This document shows, piece by piece, positions 37,601-46,800 of a DNA stretch of 64,000 bases. A program made the position numbers and the translations under genes. The stretch is taken from contig CM038998.1 of the NCBI GenBank assembly GCA_017499595.2, positions 2,170,001 to 2,234,000 on the forward strand, read 5' to 3'. This DNA is from Psilocybe cubensis. Lineage: Eukaryota. The notes under the pieces were generated by a model. That model saw nothing but the letters and a program-made list of their open reading frames with translations. It was not told the origin of the DNA and did not search any database. Each line of letters starts with the position of its first letter. Position 1 is the first letter of the stretch.

Positions 37601-39101
37601 CGCTAATACACTCAGGAAGGTTCCAGTTCCCACCAGGATCGGGTGCCAGAATCGCCTCGTATTGTCTTTTCAGCGTGCAAGCCAGACCAATACTAAGTTT
37701 TAGGTCCTCTGTCATTTGATCAATAATCAAAACATCAGGGTCCTTCAGTTTCTGCACGTAATCCAGCCTCAGCCGTAGTCCAGCCTGAGCGAGTTTGGTT
37801 GGAAATGATATTAAGGGTACCAGCTCTTTTTCAAAGGTAGGAAGATTCATTTCCTTGAATAGGGCAGATAGATTGACCTGAGCATCGCGAGCTGCTCCTA
37901 GGAAGGCATGCACCGTTACAAGGAAGCCCTTCTCAAAAGTGAGTTGCATAGATTCTTCTTTCAAAAGACGCTCTACAAAACTGCTCCCGTCCGCGATATC
38001 TGCATGGTGATTGCCATTCGCCGTTGAGCGTCCGCGCATGCCCATTCCAATAGGTACTTCATGACTAGTGAAGGGTTGATTGACATCTAATGTATCACTG
38101 CCTGTCCACCGACGAAGAAGGGCAAAATGATGCTTAAGAGTGGTGAGGACAGTATACCAGGTGTTGAGAGTATCGGCTCGAGCTTGAAAGGCACTCTGCG
38201 CCGCAATTGGCTTGTCGAGATAGAATGCTTTCAATGTGGGATATAACGATTGCACGATATCCAGGCGGCGAAGAATTGTAGTTACTTGAGTAAGCGCATC
38301 TGATATGATGTCCCCCCCTTCACTTGTCTCTGTAGTTCCAATGGGCGACATAGTGAAGTTTAAAACTTCATTGATGACGCCGTCGACGGTTCGTAGACGC
38401 CGTTCCTCGAGCTTTCTCTTTTCCTCCTCGACTGAGCGACCGTGAAATTTAGCCCGGATTCCCAACCAGAAATTTACATGGTTATTGTGCTGCTCGTCCC
38501 CGAAAGTATTGAGTGCAACTGCGATTCGCGTCTTCTCTGACTTAAGGACGTCTCCAGAAAGTACCGAGGTGAGAAGTGCCTGCCATTCTAATCTTTCCCG
38601 TTCTCTTGGGGAAGCTGGCTGTATGTGATCTTCTTCAAGCACAACGGTAGATACTCCATCATGTGCATCGGAAGCTACCGCAAAGGTCGCATGAGCAGAG
38701 TCCTCGTCCTCACTGTTGTCTCCTGCATCAGTCAACTGTCCTAGTCCTCGTTGAAAATAGTGGCTATCAGGGTCATTGCGAGGATCGTCAGGTTCTGCAG
38801 TATCTTCAATTCCATTAGACCTATAGCGGCGCACAAACTGCGAATATAGTTTAGAATACTGAGTGACCGCAGTGCTTGAAGTTCGTGTCGCTTGAGCGGA
38901 TGAAGAAGTTCGTGACCTATTAGACCGGTTGTTTCTGCTACCGTTGAGCTGTGTCGGTTGAGGGAGAGCGGAGTAAGTTCGAGGACCCATAGTACTCCAT
39001 GTTTCTTCATCTTCTTCTTCATCGTCATGGTCGTGGTCATGTTCATGGCTGTGGTGCTCGGGGAGAGGATATAGAGTCTGGGTGTGTCGTCTGGGAATCA
39101 T
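34646..39101 (-). CDS. SSK2: MAP kinase kinase kinase of the HOG/stress pathway (Ssk2/Wis4/Win1 family)
   Basis: N-terminal ERERLEWQALLTSVLSGDVLKSEK. Kinase domain WQQGKFIGAGAFGSVY, MAVKEI, HPNVVEYYGIEVHRDKVYIFEE, HRDVKP, DFGAAK, GTPMYMSPE, KPWSNLDNEWAIMF. Confidence 0.93.
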
Positions 39102-39336
39102 ATCGGGAAAAGTTGGACAGACAAAGTACAGATAATCAGAATACAGGAAGAAGAGACGGAATGGATGAAGGAAAATGTCATGAAGGAGAATGGACCATGG
39201 ACGTTGAAGCTCAAGCACGTAAATGCGGTCATCGCATTGATTATGTTACCTAAAAAGGAATCTCTGATTATTGAAAATAATCAATGACGATGTTTTTGAC
39301 ATTCACACACACCATCATCACTTTTGGGCATTCACC

Positions 39337-41377
39337 ATGGGCATCATAGAAAAGGTATAGAATTTACACTAGCTTAAATATTAATGCCTGAATCTCAAAT
39401 CTCTTAGATCAAAGAGATTGAGGGTGAGCAAGGAACTCGTCCGCCTCCAGAATGCATCGTTTTCTGATAATGTACGCGATCTTAAGAGGAGATGTCGAGG
39501 AGTGAGTGTCACCTACTTGACTAACTCTGGATTACCCAATTGATTTGTCCCAAAGCTCAGAAAAATAAGGTCGATTTTTTCACTGCTGATGTAGAAAATG
39601 ACGTTCCATAACCACGCACGCAAGTAGGCGACAGAATATCACCTTGGCCTTTTAAAAGCGAAGCTCGCACGATATCGAGCTCAGTTGCTGGAACCAACTG
39701 CTAAATCTGGGGGAGCTGGAACTGGATTCGATGTGCAAAAATCAGGAGATGCTAGAGTAGCTCTTATTGGATTCCCATCTGTTGGAAAGGTAGTCCAACT
39801 CGTGCATCCATCCGACGCCCTTTCGATCTCATTTCGGCTCGAATGTTCTATAGTCAACACTTCTTAGCAAAGCAACTCACACTGCCTCAGAAGCAGCCGC
39901 ATACGAGTTCACGACGCTTACTGTTTGTATTTCTTCCTTTACTTCTACGTTTCGTTCAATTTTGTGCAGGCAATCCCAGGTGTCATCGAATACAAAGGCG
40001 CCAGGATTCAGCTCCTAGATCTTCCTGGAATTGTAGAAGGGGCAAGTCAGGGCCGTGGTCGCGGCCGCCAAGTTGTCTCTAGTTCGTGACACTCTCATTT
40101 ACATATCCTTCAATGACTTGACGGTAAAGTTTAGCTGCAAAGACTGCCGACCTGATTTTGATTATGCTAGATGCTACAAAATCAGAAGAGCAAAAGCGAC
40201 TTTTGGAACTGGAATTGGACGCTGTGGGTATCAGGCTTAACAAGACTAAACCGGATGTTGTCTTCAAAAGAAAGACAACCGGCGGCGTAGGTGTTTCTTT
40301 CTGCCTCAAAAGTGGCGTAATCCAATTATATTTGGATCGCTAGATCACTTTCAACACTACTGTCAAATTGACAAAAACGGATGAGAAGACAATTCGCACC
40401 ATTCTAGCAGGATGTAATTCTACTCCATGATCGTGCTGTTCTCATATGTTTGACATTTACATAGATAAACTTCACAATTGCGATATCATGATCAGAGAGG
40501 ATGTGCGTTCTCCCATTCCTCTTTCCCAATCTTCAACCCATGACTTTCACAGATAACCACGGACGAGTTTATCGATGTCCTCATCGGTACGTCTAATAGG
40601 GCCTTAAAGGACCTTGGTTCGAACTCAAATCGATGCAAAATATTATAGGCACACGGAAATATATGCCATGTTTATGTGAGTTTTACGTCGAGAAACATGA
40701 AGCACCACCAATGCTGACTTTTGATTTCCAGACGTTTACAATAAAATTGATTCTATTAGTCTCGAACAAGTTGATAAACTCGCCCACGAGCCAAAGACGG
40801 TTGTCATCAGTTGTGAAATGGATTTGAAGTTTGCATTCCTTTCACTCTGTACATTGTTGCAGAAACTCACTGTTTCACAGTCTTGACTATCTGATTGATC
40901 GCATATGGGATGAACTGAGCCTGGTAAAAATTTATACCAAGAAACGAGGAGCGCAACCAGATCTTTCCGATCCAATTTGCTTGAGAAAAGGGGCTACTAT
41001 CGAAGTAAAGCTTTGCCATAAGTCAATTCCACTGGTACTGATGGTTTCCTTTGAAAGGATGTGTGCAATGGCATTCATCGATCTCTTGCGGCCAACTTCC
41101 GCTATGGACTAATATGGTAGGACAATTTCTTCATTTCCGTGCGGAGGGGTTGACATATATTCTGACAGGGTGAAATATGGTTATTTGTCAGATGCTGTAC
41201 AACAGGACCACTCACTTTATACATCTACAGGGCAAATCTAGCAAATTCGCTCCATACGCACAGAAGGTCAGCTTATCACATCAAGTACAAGACGAAGACG
41301 TGGTGTCTAGTAAGTCTGCTTTACCCTTACCGAAGACAGGTTCATGGAATCATCATGCCTTAGTCTTTACAAAATGA
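39337..41377 (+). CDS. RBG2: Developmentally regulated GTP-binding protein 2 (DRG2/Rbg2; OBG family, TGS domain)
   Basis: [96 protein letters not shown]. Confidence 0.93.
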
Positions 41378-41589
41378 TTGTTAATGGGATACGAAGTATC
41401 CAGAAAGCTTATCACAATCCACTGTGTGAGGAGGGCAAATGGATGTTATACATTCATACTAATAGGTATGAGTGGGGGAATATTATATCGTAAAGAGGAA
41501 GATGATATGTATAATCTATAAGTTCCATTCTAAGTGATATCCAGGTGAGGGTGACGTAGTGGGAAAGAGGTCCATTGCAGAGGTCATGA

Positions 41590-42231
41590 TCATGGTGAGG
41601 CCCGATGCCGTTCTTCCCACAGATTTCTGAGGACGTCGGTAAAGCCCGATTTCCCTAACTGGGCATTCTGTTCAAAACGTTGGACTAGCCACTTTTCAAG
41701 GCCATCCGCGGCACTACGCCAGAGCGCCATTCGGGCTTGAATCTCTGCTGTCTGTGAAAAGGATGTCTGGGTGGCGGAAAGGGGCGAATAACGGATTTGT
41801 TCGTAGCAGGTAGCGAACTGCGATAGGGAGAGGTTAACCGAAGTTATGGTGACATTTTGGGTGGCTGGATCCACGAAGGAAATTTCTCGAACAAAGGCGT
41901 CTTCTGAGCCTCCAAAAAGCTTCAAGGATGGCGATAAGAAAGGGAGTATTGAAATAACGCAAGACGTACTTTGACTATCCATAAAGGCGCCTTTTGCTTG
42001 CAGCCCAGAACTCGCTCTGTCCTGATGATACCCGTCTGAGGATCGACGGAACGGTCTATCGTGTCTACGCTGACGACGTGTGTACATTTTGAATTGGGAT
42101 ATTTGTGCCACATGCCAATTACTACATGGGACCAGGGATGGCTAGGGGACGAAAGGGAATTAAAATTGCACCTAGTCAGCAAGAATGAGAAGAACATACT
42201 CATAGTGAAAGATCTGAGAGAAGAAATGCAT
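41590..42231 (-). CDS. UPS2: PRELI/MSF1 family mitochondrial lipid-transfer protein (Ups2/PRELID3-like)
   Basis: MHFFSQIFHY, HPWSHVVIGMWHKYPNSKCTHVVSVDTIDRSVD, IIRTERVLGCKQKAP, VREISFVDP, ITSVNLSL, FEQNAQLGKSGF. Confidence 0.8.
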
Positions 42232-42458
42232 TTTATGGTAACACCGGGGTAATAATGATACAGACAAGAGATAGATCCACAGAAGAGAGAAAGAAAAAGG
42301 TCAGGGGACTGCAATGGAACTGAGTGAAGAAAGCAACACCAGACACAATCGTGTGAGGGTGAAAAAGGAGATTACGTAATGCTGTGTTTTGTTGTCCGGT
42401 TGATGCCGACAGGTGAGGGCAATCACATGCAAATTGCACCCCCGACGCCGACGATGAC

Positions 42459-42600
42459 TGTCACGGTTTAGACCGTGACCCTAGTCCGTGCACAGGTCCA
42501 AGCACCGTCTAGTATTTAGTTCGTAGATTACGCACCTTTGTTCCTTGTCGAATCAACACGTTTTCCCTGTTGTCTTCGAATCCTGTCCTTGCCCGTGACA
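42459..42600 (+). repeat. 5' LTR (142 bp)
   Basis: TGTCACGG...CCGTGACA with 8-bp terminal inverted repeats; base-for-base identical to 48016-48157 by eye. Confidence 0.97.
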
Positions 42601-42602
42601 GT

Positions 42603-42612
42603 TTGATTCGAC
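42603..42612 (+). other. Primer-binding site, self-priming type
   Basis: TTGATTCGAC, 2 nt after the LTR, is the exact reverse complement of GTCGAATCAA at 42547-42556 inside the LTR. It has no TGG start as expected for a tRNA CCA end. Confidence 0.8.
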
Positions 42613-42716
42613 CACTAACATATTCTTGACAACTTTGTATTCAGTCTAATTTAACTTACCCCAGTTTATATTATCTTCTTTCCCACGAAAACCTGCCCAA
42701 CCGTGTACAATCAACA

Positions 42717-43819
42717 ATGTCTCAGAATCCCCAGTCATCCTCTTCACTCCCTCCCTTTGAATATCCAACTCTCAACCCTCAACAACCCTCAGAAAGTCAA
42801 CAAACCTCCAACCAATCACCATTCTCTTCCGTCGATCATGAGCGAGATGTGTTGTATCGAAGCATCTTTGCTTTGGGAACAAACATGGACAGTTTCGTGC
42901 GACATCAAACCGAAAGCACGGCTGCTACCAATGCCGTTCTCAATGCAATGATGGAACGCTTGACGCTTTCACGCCCAGCCGCGGCCAGTTCGAGTGTACC
43001 CAAGTTCCGTGAACCGCGCAAATTTAACGGGAAGGCTGATGAAGTCGAACCTTTCCTGCGCGAGATTCGTTACGCACTCAACCTCCAAGCTAATGCGTTC
43101 TCGACCGAACTTGCGAAGTGTCAATATTTTGCATTGTACCTTGCAGATGGCACTCCGACAAGCTGGTACACTACGGTCGAACGCTCGCCTGAGAAACGTG
43201 GACTCCTTGACAACTTCGAGTTACTTGTCAAGGACTTTATTGAACACTTCGACGAGCCGGATCGTTATGCTAAAGCTTTACGCAAGTTGCGCAAGCTTCG
43301 ACAAACCGGTTCCGCCGCCGATTACACTTCGCGCTTTCTCTATTTCTCGAACTTGTCAGTGAGCTTAACTGGACCGATCAGACGAAAATTCAGCACTACT
43401 TCGATGGATTGAAGGATACGGTGCAGGATACCTTGGTAAATCGCAAAGGGCGATATTTTACGGAGAAATTTGTGGAGTTTTACAAGCTATGTATTGTTAT
43501 CGACAATGAACTTCATGAACTCTCACTTAATCGCAGAGCAAACTCGTCCTTTGTACCCAAAAGAAATTCCTTCTCAAACCATTCCATCATCGCTCCTCCT
43601 CAACATGCATCTACGTCTAGCAACCCGGATGTTGTGCCCATGGAAGTTGATGCTATGCGTCGAGGCATTACGTCCGAAGAACGTCAACGTCGTCTTAACG
43701 AGCATCTTTGTTTGTATTGCGGACAAGGACAACATTTGGCTGCAAATTGTCCCAACAAATCAGCAAAAGCAAAGTCGAAGGAGAAGAGAAAGGCTGCTCC
43801 CTCGTCGGGAAAAGCCTGA
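42717..43819 (+). pseudogene. gag: Retrotransposon gag (capsid plus CCHC zinc knuckle) interrupted by an 8-bp frameshifting insertion
   Basis: PKFREPRKFNGK, LRKLRQTGSAADYTSRF, then in a different frame ELVSELNW...HYFDGLKD, PMEVDA and CLYCGQGQHLAANC. Removing 43341-43348 fuses them into one 364-aa ORF. Confidence 0.85.
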
Positions 43820-43869
43820 CCGGTAGTTCTTCGTTGGCCCTTGAGCTGCCGGAAAAAGATGAGAGGGCC
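43807..43869 (+). promoter_or_regulatory. -1 programmed ribosomal frameshift signal (slippery heptamer plus H-type pseudoknot)
   Basis: G GGA AAA at 43807-13, 6-nt spacer, stem 1 CCGGTAGTTC/GAGCTGCCGG, stem 2 GGCCCTT/GAGGGCC. Confidence 0.85.
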
Positions 43870-46800
43870 CATCAGACCATTTCGGCGGCCAGCCACGTTC
43901 GTTGTTCTGACGGACGCTGGTTACCAGTTCGTCTTCCTGCTCCTGTTTATGTTTTCTCTTCTGCCCATTCTTCTGCTTCAATTTCGCCTGCTCATTTCTT
44001 TATTAACGTTACTTTATCTTTTCCGAATCACAAACCCATTCATACTTATGCCTTAATCGATTCTGGTTGCACAGATTCGTGTATTTCTGACCGTTTTGCC
44101 ACTCGTTATTCTCTTCCACGCCGTTTAAAACCTGTTCCTGTTCCAATACTTGCTGTTGACGACCGCCCAATTGCTTCGGGTCTAGTCACACAAGATGTAT
44201 TCACAAATCTTTCTGTTGATAAACATTCTGAGAACATTGCACTTTCAGTAGTATCTGTAGCATTTCCCATTATTCTAGGACTAGATTGGCTGCGTCGTCA
44301 TAACCCTGCAGTCGACTGGTCTGATCCACTTATTTCTTTATCTTGTTGCAATCTTTCTCGTAGTAACAGAGTTTCAGTTCGACCTAGAGGCTTTGGTCTC
44401 GACAGTCATTCTAGTTCTAGTTTTGTTCAAGCTTGTTCTGTATCCCGAGTAGGGCTAGGCCTTGGTCTACGCGCCGACTCACCTTGGTTTTCCTCTGTCT
44501 TATCACCATCACCACCTCCCCAATCCTCTTCCTCTTCCACACCCAGTAACCCTCCCGCACCTTCGTTCCTCAGCTTCATGACCCGATGGACTGGCTACGG
44601 TCGCTCCAACCTCGATGACATCACCATGAACCCGAAACCAAAAATCAAACTCCTCAACATCAACCGCTTCAAAAAGTATTCAAAAAATCAACAAGTCTGC
44701 CTCCTCCGTGTTCATTCCCCCGATTCTCCCGCCTACATTGCCGCTACTAACCTCTCACCTTCACCTTCTATCGACGACATTTCCGAACCGCCTCCCATTC
44801 CAGCCGACTCACCACTTCCTGCAAAGTACTTTCCCTGGGCCAATTCAGTCTTTTCACCAACAGCCGTAGACGAATTACCTCCTCATCGTCCTTACGACTG
44901 TGCAATCGAGATTGAAGAAGGAAAGGAACCTCCATTTGGCCCAATGTATCGTTTAACCCAGGATGAACAAAAAGCCTTGTCGACGTACATCGAAGACAAT
45001 CTCAAAAAAGGCTTTATTCGTCGATCTACATCCTCCGCCGCCTCTCCTATTCTTTTTGTTCGCAAGAAGACGGGTGATTTACGCTTATGTGTAGATTACC
45101 GCGGGCTGAATGCGATCACCAAAAAGAACCGCTACCCTCTTCCTCACATTGACGACCTCCTCGATCGTACTCAAGGTTGCAAATTATTCACTGTCATCGA
45201 CCTTAAAAATGCATTCAATCTGATTCGCATTAAGGAAGGTGATGAGTGGAAGACTGCATTTCGGACAGCTCTCGGCCTTTACGAGTACCTTGTCATGCCT
45301 TTTGGTCTTACCAATGCTCCATCCGTTTTTCAAGCTTTTATTCAAGACACCCTTCGCGATTTTATAGGTGTATTTTGTGTTGTTTATCTTGATGATATTT
45401 TGATATTTTCTCGCACTCAGGAGGAACACGATATGCAGGTCAAGCTCGTTCTCGACCGCTTGAAAGATGCACGCCTATTCGCTAATCCGAAGAAGTGTGA
45501 ATTTGACAAGTCCGAGGTTGAGTACTTGGGGTATTTGATTGGTGCTGACGGCATCAAGATGAACCCTAAGAAGCTTGCCACGATAGCCGAGTGGCCTGTA
45601 CCTCGTTCTACTCATGATGTGCAAGTTTTTCTTGGATTTTGTAATTTTTACCGTCGTTTTGTTGATCATTATGCAGATATTGCCCTTCCTCTTCATCGTT
45701 TGACTCGGAAAAATGTTTCTTTTCATTGGACCGACGTCGAAAGAAATGCTTTTGAAACTTTGAAACGTTCTTTTACTTCTTACCCTGTTTTACGTCATTT
45801 TGATCCTTCCAAACCTGCCACTCTTTCTACCGACGCTTCTGACTTCGCTCTTTCTGGTATTCTTCAACAACCTGACAAAGATGGTCTTCTCCACCCTGTG
45901 GCCTTTTATTCTAGAAAATTCTCCCCTGCGGAAATCAATTACGAAGTCCACGACAAAGAACTTCTTGCCATTGTCGACTCGTTCCGAGATATGCGCGCTT
46001 GGCTCATGGGTACTACTCATCCAATTTCAGTATTTTGCGACCACAAAAATCTGGAATACTTCATGAATACCCATGTTCTGAATCGTCGCCAAGCCCGCTG
46101 GTCAATGTTTCTCTCGGAATTCGATTTTCAACTCGACTGGAAACCAGGTTTACAAAATCCAGCCGATGGACCTTCTCGACGACCCGATTTTGAGCCCAAA
46201 AGGGGAGATGACGTCTCTGTCGCCCAGAATAAAACACTTCTCACACCCTACCATCTTCAACGCATTCATTCTTTTTCTTCACCCATTCCTCGTCCTACCC
46301 CTACAATTTCAATTTCTGCTACTAGTTCCACAATTACAACCCTTTCTATTGACAATTCCGAACTTTTACAGCGTTTCCAGGCGGCCTATCGAGAGGATAC
46401 AGAATGGCGCGAAGCACTCGTTCATGGAAACCCGGATTTCTCTGTCAAGGATGATATCATTTTTTATAAAGGTCGTGTCTTTGTTCCACAGTCCTTGCGT
46501 GCTGAAATCCTCTACCAGCGCCATGATTGTGTGCTTAGTGGTCATCCCGGTCGCACCCTGACTGCCAGTAATGTCCTTCGTGACTACAATTGGCCTGGAG
46601 TCCAGACATATATCCGCCGCTATGTTCAAGCGTGCGACGTATGTAATCGTATCAAGATTCCACGCCACAAGCCTTACGGTCTCTTGAAACCCCTCGACAT
46701 TCCTACGCGTCCATGGAAGTCTATTTCGATGGATTTCATCGTCAAATTACCCAAATCCCACAATTATGACTCGATTTGGGTTGTTTGCGATCGTCTTACC

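Noticed and set aside
42574-42583. B-box-like CTTCGAATCC in the LTR (possible tRNA gene or Pol III promoter)
   Set aside because: Lacks the invariant G of GTTCRA, and I see no A-box or cloverleaf.
42601-42620. tRNA-type primer-binding site
   Set aside because: No TGG complementary to a tRNA CCA end; the 10-nt match to the element's own LTR explains it better.
42680-42687. Perfect CSL site (TTCCCACG) in the retrotransposon leader
   Set aside because: A single 8-mer is expected about twice by chance in 64 kb on both strands, and it is not clustered.
43708-43806. Independent start for pol at TTG 43708
   Set aside because: Non-ATG start overlapping the gag zinc knuckle; the frameshift signal at 43807 accounts for Pol expression.
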